Assembly (NCBI GenBank): GCA_050084515.1
Contig: CM114271.1
Location: 26,350,001-26,414,000, forward strand
DNA length: 64,000 nt
Source: Blasia pusilla
Taxonomy: Eukaryota
Direction of reading: 5' to 3'
Below are positions 48,600 through 63,250 of this stretch, in pieces (the stretch's first letter is position 1; the number at the start of each line of letters is the position of its first letter). A program made the translations under genes and the position numbers. The notes under the pieces are model-generated. The model searched no databases. It was not told the DNA's origin and saw nothing but the letters and a program-made list of their open reading frames with translations.

Positions 48600-51500
48600 T
48601 CATATGTCTTTCCTTGTCTTTGATGACTTGCCTACCTTTGCTTCTATGTCATCAGAGATAGAGTTGGATTCTCCATCTACTCGCTTATCTGGTTTTACAT
48701 GCCCTCCTACAGCCGTAACATCTCCCCCTAGTTCACCTCCTTATCGTAGATCTTGCCATTTTCCTCCATATGCTAATACACCCATTACAATCGTTGTATT
48801 TCTTTCGGATTCTCCTCTTCTCCCCTCTTTGTCTTGTCCTATTGAGCCTAATCTTGATCCATTATTACCAAATCCTTCTATTTTTCCATCCCCACATATC
48901 TCATCTATGCCCTTGCTTCCAACTCCCATCTATTCTACCCAAATATCCCCTCCTCCTCCTCCTCCTTCCCCAACCTACTTACCCCCTCATCGTCATCCAT
49001 CACCACCTCTTGCACCTCCCACCTCCTCTCCTTGTAACCCTTCTACTTCTCCATTTGTACCAAAGGTTCGTAGCATATCTTATGGTAAGGAGTTTGCTCA
49101 TAATGGGATCAAAAGACATTAGCGATATTATCAATCCATGCATGGGCCTTCAATCCCTAACCCGATACCACCTCCTATTGCACTCCCCACAACAACAGCT
49201 TGGACGTGGTTAAGCCAAATTGATCTCCTTCGCTCTTTCCATCCAAGTCTTCCTCGTCCTAAACTCTACACTCGCATTTCTATTGCTCTTCGCCCCATCA
49301 CACAACAAGCTTTGTTTTTCCCATTAGAAAGGTTAGCGCGTGATCCCACATATATCAATGCTTGGTATCTCCTATAACTCTTCCCACAATGAGTTTTAAT
49401 CCTCCCTCCAAAGGATGGTGGGACGGGTCATCGTGAAACCTCCACATGTATTCAACACTTTATGTCTAGGGATTGGGAGAATCTTCAGAATGAGCATGTA
49501 CTTCGAGTAGAGGCCTTAGCTACAGCTCATCCCTCTCAAGCTCTTCATCCTCCTTCATCCTCCTTCAAGTGACAATGCTCCATCTTTTGTGAAAGACTAT
49601 ACAACAGACCTTGACTTTGAGCTTGACTTGGAGGTTTTCACAAAGGCTTTCCTACATACTCCTCGCTTATCAGCAAGCGGGCTATCAGAGATGGTTTTTT
49701 AGCATCTCTGCGATTGCTTTATCCCAGTAGATTCAGCAAGGGGCTTTGTCTCTCTATATAAGGTGTGTGCACGTATGGTGGTAGGTCGTCTCCCATTCTC
49801 TATCTCTAGGCTCTTAGGCGCTTGTCATTTGTTGGCTATGGATAAGCCTCCTTCAGGTATCGCCCTTTGGCTATTGCAGAGGTTTTATACCGCTTGGTCA
49901 GTCAATCCCTATGCTTACAATTTTTTCCTCACTTGAGTGCCCACTTATTTCCTCATCAATTTGGAGTGGCAACTCCTGGAGGTTGTGAGGCTGTGGTGCA
50001 TGAGATTCGCTCCACTCTTGATATTCATCCAGATTAGGTAGCAATTCAAGTGAATGTGGCTAACGCATTCAATGTAGTTTCTTGTGCGGCCATCTTTGAG
50101 GAGTTACGTTGTGCAAGAGGACAACTTGCGAGCCTCATTCCATTTGTTCGCTCCTTCTATGCCTATGATACGCCCATTATCTATTCCCATCATGCTATTT
50201 CCGGGGAATATAATATTCTACAATCGGCTTGTGGCACACATCAAGGTGATCCCATGGATGGCCCACTCTTTGCCATTGCCCACTTTCGTGCCCTTCAAGC
50301 ATCAACGCAAGCATTTCCATCTTGTCTTTTCGCTTCTATTGCTGATGACACTCACATTATAGGTCCTCCTTCTGAAGTGGTTCTTGCTTATACCCATTTC
50401 GTGGAGCAATTCTCTTTCTTAAACCTTAAAGTCCAACCTAATAAATGTGGAGTGTCTTCTTCATGCCTTCCCTCAACATTCACCCCACCTACTCTTGATT
50501 TTCCCATCAACATTGAAGGGTTTAGGGTTCTTGGGGTCCCAATTGGCTTCATTGACTATGTCTCAAAGTTCTTGGATGAGGCCCTTTTGAAAGACGTGGA
50601 ATGGCTTCATTTGTTACCTCATCTAGGGATCCCCAAGTGGCTAATGGGATTCTCTCCCAATGGACGTCCTTCCTACCTTCTTCGCACTTGTTCTCCCACT
50701 TCAAGATTCTTACATTGGTTGGCCTCTTTTGACGCTTCTATCTTGGCAACTTTTAGTCAACTTCTTGGCCCAAATACCTTTGAGGGAGAGGATGGTGTCT
50801 TTACTTCATGACAAGCTATCTTGCCTATTTATTTTGGAGGGGTGGGACTGTCCTTCACAGTCACATATGCTCGTGCAGTCTTTTTGGGGAGTTGGGCGTT
50901 GGTAGGAACGATTATGGCTTCAAGGTTTCTCCAAGGAGATACACCTATCTTGATGGATCATATCCGCCATGTAGAGGAGGGGGACTTGTTATTTCAACAA
51001 CAACTGAGATCTATACGAGCTCTTCTTCCTCTTGCTACACAACCAATTCTACCCCCTTTCAATCAATTGATTACGGAAGGGATTGATCGACATCAAGAGC
51101 ATATCTCTGAGAATCGGCATCAAATAAACTTTTCCAGCATTCTCTCCGAGGTATCCTCTAATGTTCATCGAACTTGTCTGCGTTCATGTGCGGATACTGG
51201 AGCGGGGACGTGGCTTATTGTAAATCCTCTTATTCTTCCATTTCGTCTTCCTTGAAGTATATTCTCCATAACTTTATGGTTACGTGTTAGACTTCCCCAT
51301 CCTTCTCTGTTAGGTATGTCGAATTGTGTATGTGGGGATCCCATTGATGCCAAGGGTATCCATATTCTCTACACATGGTGGAGGAAAAATGGCCATACAT
51401 GATGTCATTAGAGAGGCGGTAGCACCGGTGGCTCGAACTGCAGTATACACCGTTGGGCAAGAGCAACTCCATGTCCTATCTTCAACCACACAAGAAACCT

Positions 51501-52080
51501 CTCGTCGAAGAGTGGATCTTGTTTTGTTATGTCTCGAGGTGAATTCCAGAAAATAGGTGATGTGGTGGTTGCTGATCCAACACGTTCTGACTTGGTGTGT
51601 CAAGCCGCACACACCAAAGGTTTGGTGGCCGAAGCTGCAGGAAGAATCAAGGAGTTAAGTTATGATGTGAGATATGCGACTGATGGAAATATTCGGTCAT
51701 TTACATATGTCTTTTGATACTTTCCTGAAAACAAGTGCTCACCACTCCCTCGAGAATCATCACCTTGCCCCTTCCCGTAGTCCTTCTCTCTTGTAGTTAC
51801 TACTTATTTTCGGAAATACATCTCAGTGGCCTTACAATATACACAAGCCTTGGCATTGATACGTCGTGCGGAGATGGTGGGGGTCGCTCGCCTCGTCGTC
51901 CATTCACGTCTGACCAACCACTTGTGTTCTTCTCATATTTGTTTCAGGCTATCAATCGTGTAGCTCATTGAGTTGGTGTTTGTGTTGGCTAGTTGACATT
52001 TTCTTTGTTGCATTTTTTTATGCATTTTTTGACTCCTCTTTTGAGATGTTATTACCTTTCTTTGTCCTCTTTTGAGGTTT
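48600..52080 (+). mobile_element. CRE-clade-like non-LTR retrotransposon (RT plus C-terminal Zn knuckle and restriction-like endonuclease), degenerate
   Basis: Pro-rich N-terminus. RT motifs RPLAIAEVLYRLV, PHQFGVATPGGCEAVVH, NVANAFN, QGDPMDGPLF, ASIADDTH, LPIYFGGVGL; then AGTWL, CVCGDPIDAKGIH, HDVIRE, RVDLV...GDVVVADP...KELSY; T-rich 3' UTR. Multiple stops and frameshifts; 5' end uncertain. Confidence 0.85.
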
Positions 52081-55000
52081 ATTTTATAATAAAGTGGATA
52101 TACATACAAAGTAGAAGTTTTTTAGTATAACATGAATATTATCTTATGAGAAATTTTATCGATATGAGTAATAGGATGTTGTATATCATTTCCTATGGGC
52201 GGTATTATAGGATCTTTCACATGCTCTACAGTCTTTTAGTCAAAACCGTGCTAGTGAGGTACTAAATCATTTACGCATGGACATTCTAGCAATAATTTGG
52301 GAATATTTTGAATATTTCAAAGGATCCAAATCGTTTAAATATTGCATAACAATGTTTCTATGGATCTTGAAAATTTGAAAAATTATTCAATGGTTGAAAA
52401 ATTTGAGAAAAATATTTTCTTAAAAGACATGTTTCCGATCAAATCCTTAAAGGAAGTTCAATTATAAGCTTAGTCGAAAATTCTTCAATCTAAAATAAAC
52501 ATTCATAATATATTTCTAGAAGTTAAGAAAGGGCTTTAATAGATGGAAAATTAATGATTTAAATTAAATGGAGATCTATTAATATTATGAAAAGTTAAGA
52601 TATGTGATTTTCATTCAATTTTCCAATAATTATGGAGAATCTATCACAATATCTTATCTAATTTGATAATATAAATTAGTTTTTCTATGGTTGTGAAAAT
52701 TTTTGGATCCATCCAATATTTGAAAAAATCTACATGGAAAATTTTGATGAGAATTAATTTACATGATATTAAATAAAGAGTAGGAGTTTAATCATAATAT
52801 TTTATGAATATTTTCACTAAAATTTCATTATGATGAATTTTTCAACAAGTGAGGATCTACGTGAGTGGACTAGGGCTATCTATCATTTTTAAGGAAATAT
52901 AAGTCCATATCCAATGTAATAAAAAATGAAATATGGGAGAAATATTTGCATTTGAAAATTTTTATAATCCAATGAAATATTTTTAGGTATTTGGAAAAAA
53001 AATCCACAACCTAAAATCTTATGAAACTTTACGCATCTTACAATATATTTGTATTGTAAATTGAAGTATAATAGATTGGTGAAAATTTTCGTTCTCAATT
53101 TATAATTTGTAAGAAAATATTAGAGCTTATATCAATAGAATAAGAATATACATTCAAATTTAACTTTTGAAGCAAGAGAATTAAATATAAAAAATAAGAC
53201 AGCAAGGGTATTCCAACACCTACCTTTAGGACTATCTTGGATAATTTATGAACTTCATGAAGAGTTTTTGCCTAGGAGATATGTGGATTCTAACTAAACT
53301 CAATCATGAGATAGGACTAGTCATAAGGCGACTTTGGAAAACTCTTATAGAAGCCATATTGAACTCTTGCCATCAATTGAATGTTTTAAATGACATTATT
53401 AAAATTAGAAATTGTGTGAGGCGTGAACTAAGAACAAGAAGGCACTAAAGAATCTAAGGAAAAGAGAGTAAAAAGAAAGGTTAGTTATTTGTTGACTTAG
53501 AAGATTGATACAAAATAATGAAAAAGGGATTATCAACCCATTGGATACGAAAAAAATATTTTTTTCCCATAAGATTCAAACACCCTAAGATAGATGAAAT
53601 AGGTTTCTCTAAAAAATAATTGGAGATACAAACTATGTGATTGAGAGTTATGTTATTCCAAAAGAGGCTATTGAATTTGTAATAAAGCATGGTCATACTA
53701 CTACCAAAGAGTTGCATAATAAGAAAATTAAAGGAAGTTATCTCTTTGGTATAAGAGTCATTTAATCTTATGTATGCACCTATGGAATCATCAAGTCTTG
53801 GTCTAGATAAGGGATAGGAACTCCAAAATTTAAGAGACATTGGTAGAGAGATATATATATATTTTTATATTTATATTTATATGGAAAGGCTCCACATAAA
53901 GAGAAATGAGGAAAGATATTGGATCCTTCTCCATGACTATCTCTTTCTCGAATGGCTTTCCCTTAAAACTAAAATTTGGAGCCAAAACTCTAGAGGCTTT
54001 CATTAATCAAGGCTCATGAGTAAACTTCATGAGGTGGAAAATGGTTAAAGGGATGCGCATTATGAAGGCATGAATAGAAACACATAAAAGGGCACAAGTT
54101 ATGAATATGCATATGGACATGGTGTCAAAGCTGGCCAAAGGATATAGAGATCCTCCACCATGTGTATCAAGCAATGTGGATTTGGTCCCAAACTCGAGGC
54201 TCCAAAGACCAAGGTTTCTTTCCCTTTCTAACGTCCATTTTTTCCTTTTAATGGAGTAAGCTCAATCCATTCAAATACTTGCACTTGTGATCAGAACCCA
54301 TTACAATGGGTTTTGATTGATGGGTTAGAACCACTCAAACGTACTTCAAGTTGATGGATATATTTAGAGGGTTGTTTGGTACATTCTCTGCCTCAATTCA
54401 ATGTCTTGGCATATCATTATTGCTTCACATTTCAGAGCCCTATAGAATATGAAGAATAATGAAACAAAATTTTGAATTATATTTTATCGCTTTTAATTTA
54501 AAGGTATTGAAATTTAGAAGACTTTGCATCATGCTTTTCATTTGGGCCCTAAACAGGAGCAATTAGCGAATGTAACTACTCAAGGTTTGCACAATTTCCT
54601 TTCTTATAATCATGTCACCTTCAAGCTATTATATCCTCCTCCATTAGTTATGATTTAAAAAATAAAATGAATGTAGAATATGTAGAGTTAGACTTTGAGT
54701 CCTCATTGAGAAAGAAGAAGAAGTCTAAGCCACTTAAGTTCCCCGGATATTTAAACTTTAAGTGGAAAGAACAAGTTTCACAAAAATAATATACCTTTTG
54801 GCATGATGAAAGTGGACCTAGAGGATACCACCCAACAAGAACCTCTATTATGGGAGGCCAATCAAAATGATTATCCTCACCAACAACCACTTGGAGATGT
54901 AGTTGGGTCCTTGATCATTTGGCTTGAAACTTACAGAGGTTGATACAATAGGTAGTATAAATGATGCTTCTTAAGATCCCATGGTAAACTGATAAGATTA

Positions 55001-58000
55001 AGGTTAAACAAGATATTGCTTTTCTTCATATGAATAGTTTTGTACATTGCTTTCTTATCCATTATGTTTTGGGTGTTGCATTTTGCTTTCAATGACTTGA
55101 TAGACAATGATCTCATATACAGAAGATAGTCCACAATCACTTGTTGATAAACTATGATATTTTCAACTTCAATTTAATCACCCTTCACTCACTCTTGCAT
55201 AAAAATGTTGTGATTTGTTGCGCACTATTTTTCACGTATGGATTCATGGCCAATATACAAGTCCCATAATCTACAAATATAAATGTCTAATATGTATAGA
55301 AGTTGGATAGGACTAGCCAGCTTATTTCTTAAATGAGCTTAGTAGTGTTGAAGTTATTCACCAGCCATCAACTCGATGTGTTATTTATAGTTAGGAGTAG
55401 AGTAGAGAATAATACATCTTCATTGGGTTATGATTAGACCATTGGATGGAAGGAAGAAGCACATGTAGAAGGAAGACCAATGTCCCAAGGTTTCTTGAAT
55501 TTTCTCCCACCAAATTTCTAGGAAATATGTATGAGGTCCTTTTATTAATGAAGGGAAAGGAGACTAGATAGATATTAAGATCAAATGAAATATCTCTATA
55601 TACTTCTACCAACTTTATCAAAGATCCATGGATGCCACCATTGGATTGATGGATGCAAAAGAACTTATAGATGCAACGACAAGATAATTGAAACACGTTT
55701 TAGAAGATCTATCAATATAATTATGTGAGTAAACCCTCAAAATTTTGTAATTATGAGAAAATGAGGAAAAATTGTTCAATATAACTTATCATAAGTGAGA
55801 AAACTTATATGTGTGCAAATAATACACTCCACATACTTAATCGATTGAGATTTAATGTATTTGCCCTATCTTTTTAGTTCGTTCATGTGTTATTATAACA
55901 TTACAGAAGCAAAAACCTTACATAGGTTATTACTTTACAAAGTCCATGATGATAAAATCGCATTGTCAGAGTCATCTTCCTATGATATGAAATATTCTAT
56001 AATATAGAAAATCGATGAAACGCTTTTAAGGTAATATTTTTTCATGATGTCCTTACATGTACATATTATCTAATTTTCATATTTAGAAAACTAATATATT
56101 ACATACGTATTTATTTATACTTTTATTGGAAATGCCAAAAGAAAAAAGATACAAACTTATCAAGATTTGAAATTTTTTATCCCTCACAAACTTCATAGTA
56201 GTAGATATGAAAGAAAATACTTGTTTAGGATGGAGGGCGTGATTTTTTATAATATTTTTTAAATAAGAAAGTGGGAATTTAAATTTTTCAAAATGAGGGA
56301 GCGAGGAATTTGTTTTCTTTCTTCTCAAATAATGAAATGGATGACAGGATTTCCAAATGAACTATGGATATGTGATTTTTTCAATAAGGATGATTTTTTA
56401 GAAATGGGAGTAAAGAAGGAGCGATGATATCCATTCTTTACTCGTGCATTTTATCTAGCATATCTTATAGTATCTATTTTGTTAACAAAGGGTGCCTCTT
56501 CATTATGATGAGTTCTTTGAATAGAAGTAGCTTCAAAACAAATCCTTAGAAATAAAATTAAAACAAAGATATGCTTGTATTGAAAAATCCTTATCTTCAA
56601 TTAATGAAAGATGCTTCCTCATGATGATAAGTTAATTGAATAACATACCCTAATGGCTTAACAAGAATCCTCCTACATACATACATACATACACTTCTCT
56701 CTATAAATCCATGTATGACTTGAAGAAGTATAACTCTTAGGAGAATATTTACGAATGAAGTAGAGAAACTTTTCCTCTCTAAAAAATAAGGAGATTGGGA
56801 GATTTTGAGTAGGAAGAGTGGGGATTTTTCTTTCTTTCCTTTCTCCAAAATAAAAGGGGAAGTGTGGAAAGGGACATTTTTTACATAAAATAAAAAGAGA
56901 TTTACACATTAGAGATTAAGAAGGGGATTCGATGAGGGAAGCTAATTCGCTTCAGATGAATGGGTTAGTTTAGGATGGAATAAGGAAGGTGAAGGGATGG
57001 GGTTTACTTTTCCCACAATAAGGGTTGCGGCTTATTTCTTTATTGAAATAAGTAGATTGGGATGGGATACTCACTAAAGAGGTAAAAAACATAATTTAGA
57101 TATCTTTAAGCACGTGTAAAGAAAGAACATGAGATCTTTCTTTAATTGTGCATAGCATGAGCACACCAACTTGTATATCGTAAGTAATAAATTTTTATAA
57201 AAAATTTAATCAAATCTATATTTTCCTATATATATTTCGTAAAAAATCTCTTCTTTGAGTGATACAAAAGAAATATTTCAATTTTAAAATTCTACGTGTG
57301 ATTTTTATTTCTAAAATTTACATCAATAATTTTTAAGTTACAATTATAAATTTTTATGCATCTATAGAAAAAACTCACTCTTATTCTTTCAAGATTGAGA
57401 TTAATTGAATTCTTGTAGTTTTTTGGGTAAAAATACCAATGATATGTTGATTTCAGCTTATTTCCTCTTATTCAAGTTAATATATCACCACGTTTCTCTT
57501 CTAATCTGTCCAAAACTGAAAATTGCTTTCAAAACTAAAAGTCCACATAAATCCCAAATATCTTTTTTTTATGCACGTAGCCTTCTAAATCAAAATTCCC
57601 TATCCATCATTAGTTCCCAAAATTTTCATATTTTTGATTTTTTTTATGAAATTTTAAAATTTGATGAAATGCCCATTATTTCCAATGCAATTATCTTTGC
57701 TTATTTTTTAAATAATTTACAAATTTTAATTATCAATTCTTACACTTTTGTAAACATTCTTCAAAATTCTTTAAATTCTATCACTATATATATATAAATA
57801 ATGATAGAAAGACTTCTTTCATAATAATATTTATTCTCATGATATAAGTTATGAATTTTTTTCCATCATTCTTATTTTATGGGAAATTATAATTCTAAAA
57901 AAAACGAAAATTTAAATTATTCATATTTTATATTTAGTATTCAAGTTTTGAAGAAAAATCATTTTAAAACTTAGTATGATTTATTTTGGATGTTATCTAT

Positions 58001-58689
58001 ATACAAAATCCTTATAAACCTTATAAGACTATGCTATTAACTACATAGTCTTATGAATCAATAACTTGGATTAAGTTAGAAATTGGAAAGTTAGGAAAAG
58101 ATAATCATAGGATCATACTACATGTTACAAGTTTTGGAAAGAATTTTCATATGAAGTAAGCATGTTGATTTTAAAGATAATTTTTACTAAAAGGGTAACT
58201 ATCTAACTTCAAATTATTTTCATAAATAAGATATTTTCAATTATTTTGATATGAGACAAATTATTAATTATTTATTCATCAAAATTATTTTTAATTCATT
58301 TAATTAGAAGGGGATAAATTTTATCAATATTTATATATATTTATTCACTCTATATATATACATGAAATTATTATTTATATCCTAATTTCCTCTCATTCTA
58401 ATAAAAACTTATCTAAGATTTATCATTATTTAAAAAATAATTTTGTGCTAATATATAATATTTTCTATATTTTAGATGATGAGATTATAAAATAATATTC
58501 ACATTTATTACCCAATTTCCTATAAATATCACCATTTTTTAGTTAAATTTATTTCAAAAATTAAATGTTAAATGAAATTTTTTCCACTTTAAGACTCACG
58601 GAAAAATGGAAAGAAAAATCATATTAAATTTTAAAAATTGATCTTGATGTACAAGCTAAAATACTAACCTCTAAAAAGTTTCAATTCTA

Positions 58690-59330
58690 TCCTTGTAAAA
58701 TCAACAACTCCATTAAAGATATGTACTACACATGTTCCAGCTCCGCTGCAAATGTAATTGTGAAGGAATAGTCTCGACCTAGTATGACATAACACAACAC
58801 ATTCAATGGGCACATCTCTCCATGTGAAAGAAGGATTAAGTTTCCAAAAAAAAGCTCTATAGTCCCAATTTTTTCGGATACCTCATTGGAAGTGAGTGTA
58901 AAGAAGAAGTGAGGCATTTCCCATTTTTGAACCATTACTTTAAGGTCCTTTAAGTGTCGGTGATACGAAGATGAGTTTCCCGGTATGTGAGCACTTATAA
59001 TGTATCGTGATAATTGTGCAGATAAGTCTTCATCAAGAAGATTTTGGTTTTTTTTCAGCCGACCCAATTCAAGATTCTGGAAGATGCTAGTGCATTATAA
59101 ATATATACGACTCGTAGAGAGTAAAGATACTAAGTCAAGTGTCCCTTGTCTTAGGATGCCTTTAATACTGTCTCTCTACAATTACACTACATTGGATGAT
59201 GGTAGAATAACAAGGCAACTCAATTAAGGGCACATAATTGAAGTAAAGCTCATTTAGTCTCAAGTTTACCAGTAGAACACTCCGTACTTGCCTATATAGA
59301 AAGTCAATATCTGCAATTATAGGATGGTCA
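58690..59330 (-). mobile_element. Helitron-like Rep fragment, second family, copy 2
   Basis: LLDEDLSAQLSRYIISAHIPGNSSSYHRHLKDLKVMVQKWEMPHFFFTLTSNEVS, clearly homologous to 19400-19560. Confidence 0.75.
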
Positions 59331-61912
59331 ATATTCCACCCAACTAGTGGACATTCGCAGTGACACGACCCTTATAGCCAAACGTGCCACGATGTAGGAT
59401 ATCATGACTCTACTGGGCTCACATTAGGATGGAAGTGTGTCAGAGTCCCTGGAATGAGACATGAGTTGTAAGCAAGAGGCGAGCCTTTTTGGGCGTCACG
59501 AGTGATGATAGCCATGATCTAGTAGAACAAGACCACTTGAATGACAATCATGATTTTAGAGAAGTTCAACTACCACGAGAATACGTTGGGCACTAAGGGA
59601 ATGGCAACGTGACTTGGAACTTGACTAAGCGTTTTCGGGGTTCTCCACATTTGAATTCATAAAACCTAGACCCAATATGCCATTGGATTTTAATAAGGTG
59701 GCGTTGGAAATCTTGGGAGAATAAAATTCCAATTAACTAAATATCTAGACAAACGCATGAGCAAATATTGAGAAACCACCCTAAACGATTAGAATGATAG
59801 TTGGATTAAGAGTCACAATGAGCGGCCCAAGAAGAATTTTCCAAAGGTAGGGAGGGAATGGAGATCTCTATAACGATATATAAGGGGAAGGATCTCCAAG
59901 GAATTTTGGAACCTGAATCCCACCTTGGGGAATTGTGGGGATGAACCAAGGGATGGATCGAGAGGTTCGTTTCAGGGTGTGGATACCAAGCCAAGTTCAA
60001 GGGGATCAATAATGGACATCAACGTTGGACCTTGACTTATGACTCAGATATTGGTCCCGGATAAAGACTTGTTTCATGTCTATTTGGCACTTGGGACTGC
60101 TAGGCACACTTATGCCGTTTCAGGTTCCTAATCTATCAAAGAAGCATGTCCCAAGTCTTGAAGAAATTGCTTGTGTTGGGGGATGAGGGATTAGGATGGT
60201 ATTTGACTCCACTTAGATGTGTTGAGCTTTAAGGATAGCCCAAGTCTAAGGAAGTTGGGAAATGTGAGACTAGTTGACCCATATAGTGGGTAATGTCATT
60301 GTGTTTGGCTGCAGATTAGTAAGGAGAGTGTGACTTACTGAACTACGCTTTCTCAATACATGAGACCAACATTCAAGAGGAGTAGGTGCACAATACGGAA
60401 GAAAATTAACTTAGAAGAACCCACTATGGAACTCGTTGTGCTTTGTTTCAATATCCCATCATGAATCAACAAGTGAGAGCAACTGTAAATAGATAAGATT
60501 AACAACCAATACATCCCACATATGAAGGTATTAAAGATACAAAAATAGGAATATTAGATCATGTCAATAAATAAATATACCTAGGGGTATTGATGGATAT
60601 TTTGGTCATGGAATACAAATTAATAAATCAATTGGTGTTGAATAGAGGGAAAAAAAGGTTTAGTCTACCTTGGGCATCCCCTAAACCATCAATAATGAGA
60701 GATGAAAAATGGATTTTTTTCTAGCCAACTTCAAAATGCTAAACGATGAAAAATTTTCCTTTTATGTTTATGTATCAAGTAGAGTAGATATTTTATGCCA
60801 ATGTTAAAAACAGATTCGGTCCAAATTTTTTGATACAAAAGCCAATAAGATCTAGGAGAGTTTTAGAGCATACCATAGAGTTTGCTACAAATGATAGTAG
60901 GGAGCCTTTAGGCTTCACAATGTTCCATATCCTACAACTTTGGATGTTGATGTTTGAAATGTTTCATTGGTTGGACGAAAATCCAACTGTAGGTATTAGA
61001 AGCTTCCATACCATCTATTGGTTTTGGAGCGATGAGGTAGATGGAAGTAGATTGGAAGAGGAGAGCTTACCAAATAGTAATTTAGATTCAAATTACTAAA
61101 ATTAGTGAAATGATTGCTCTCCAATCATTGAATTTACTGCACGATATTGTTAAGAAGTTTTTTGGAGTTCTAGTTCTCCCAAATATACTTTAATTTTTTT
61201 CCTTGTTTACTACTTTATAATTGAAAAACAAGTCCTTCTTGCCTAGTTACGTAGAAATATTATGATTAGATTCTAGTCATTGGTGTTTTAGACACTATTT
61301 CACTTTTTTTTTGGTTAAAATTGGGATTCATTTTCTCCTCATCAATAATCTTAGACTTCAATACTTATTTACATACTAGATTTAATACTTGGTTGCACAG
61401 TTAAAGCTCATAGATCCTTTTATTATGAGATCTCTCATATTTCATACCAAATGGGGCAAGCATTTTATTTAGGAACATCTGTTCTTCATTTTCATCTTAT
61501 TTTATATTTGAGTACTTGATGATATTTTAGATTTAGTTCATAGTGTTTGAAATCTTACCGTACGTTATTTCTCAAATTGGAGTCCTTTGTTTAGATTTGG
61601 GAAATAATTTTATGTTTTATTGCTTGAAATACTAAAAATATGATGTAAGTTGGGATAGTGAAACTTAGGTCTTATGTGCCTTTCCACTTTTGATATAGCA
61701 CACAAAGATCTTTTGCACAATCCAAAACTCCCTAAGCTAGGACAAAGATACACTACAAAACTAGTTATGTTAATTTTAGGTTTCTTGATAGATTTTTATC
61801 AATTCATCGTATGCTGACATTAAATATTCCATAGTTCTAATCTACTATAATTGCCTAACTTAAATATTTTCTAGTTGTTATCATGTTTGCATAGTAAAGT
61901 TAATAGATATCA

Positions 61913-61940
61913 CTAGTAAGGTGCCCGTGCGATGCATCGG
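61913..61940 (-). mobile_element. Helitron 3' terminus (hairpin plus CTAG|T); element body extends to higher coordinates
   Basis: Minus strand reads CCGATGCATCGCACGG-GCACCTTA-CTAG|T. Confidence 0.8.
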
Positions 61941-62757
61941 AAATACAAAAGTTTTTAGTATGAAAAGTTTTTTTAGTGTACAGCCCGTGAAGGGAAGGGA
62001 TTAATGATGCTACACACAAATTGATTTTTTTTTTTGTGCCGTAGCATGTGAAACATTTTCTTGTTGCCCAGTTACCACATGTCATATAGAGAAATGTTTG
62101 CAAATCAAGAAGGCACTCTCCTATAATAGTATAGATGTCAACTAAGAGATTTGAAACGCTATATGACAACACATAAGTTGAGTTGGTAGATCAAAAAGCT
62201 CCCCTCTTTGAAATCATTGAAATGCTACAACAATTAAGTAATAAGGGAATGACTTCTACAATTCTCCTTGGCGATGATACAGTACTTCACATCCCCAGCT
62301 GCATCATTGAGACTTTTACTTTTCTTGATGTACATAGTTAGCCCATCACATAAGCCACAAAATTTGAGAAATTAACTTGATGGTATAGTAAGATAGATAT
62401 AGACCCAACAAGTGAATCATCAATATTTTCACTAGAAATTCATCGAATACGAACAGATCAACCTAATATATTCGTTGCAATTTCAATTGAAACTACATCA
62501 ATCATTGAGAGTGTAAGAAGGAAAACATGCTCTTAAATGTTGTAGAATGATGAGCCACAAAGAAGGAAATCGTGAGATAGAAGTGAGAGTATTATGAATT
62601 CCTTCGTTAAAGTTCTAAAACATATAAGTGAGAAAAAGGTCCAACAAGAACTCCTAGACAAGAAGTTAGAACTTATGTCTTGAATGTTGGAACTTTGCTA
62701 CATGGAGCTTGAGTTGGAGGAAGAGAAGCTCCAAACACTATTATCTTCTACTTCTAA

Positions 62758-63250
62758 TGTTGAGAATTAAGTATGAAGAATAGATTTTTAATATCTCTAA
62801 TGAATCAAGTAAGTATATATATCGTACAAAGTTTTGAATGAGATCGTCGATATTGATTTATCTATACTTGTTCTTCTCTTATCAACTAGAGATCCTAGAA
62901 GTAAATGGAGAACTCTAGCAATCAATCTCTTATCCACATTATTGACTGCATGTGATAAGGATTCTCTATGTAAGATAACTAAGTTATCTAAGATTCCACA
63001 TGCAAGATTCATTTTAGATATATTTTCGGACCCCCGCATCGTCTTGGTATATCAGGGGCTGCGCCCCAGGACCCCCGCGATGCAATATAGGGTTAGATAA
63101 TCCTAGTAACACTACTCCATACACCACCTACGTCATATTACTATGATTCCTTTGACGTCTAAGTCGGAACCATCAATCTAGGCTTCTCCTCATTCAAGGG
63201 GGCCAATCTGATTAATGGTGCTCAGAGAAGTGGATGTTGAGAATCCAACA
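62758..63250 (-). mobile_element. 3' LTR (493 bp) of a Ty1/copia element
   Basis: TGTTG...CAACA termini; minus-strand polypurine tract GAGAGGGAGGGGGGGAGG (63252-63269) directly precedes it. Confidence 0.85.

Noticed and set aside
53880-54400. Possible Gypsy protease remnant (KTLEAFINQGS*VNFM)
   Set aside because: Single degenerate motif with no adjacent RT or integrase recognised.
57150-58650. Extremely AT-rich tract as an organellar insertion
   Set aside because: No tRNA, rRNA or organellar gene motifs; consistent with decayed repeat DNA.
59400-60420. Possible solo LTR or LTR-element fragment
   Set aside because: No clear TG..CA termini, TSD, PBS or PPT.
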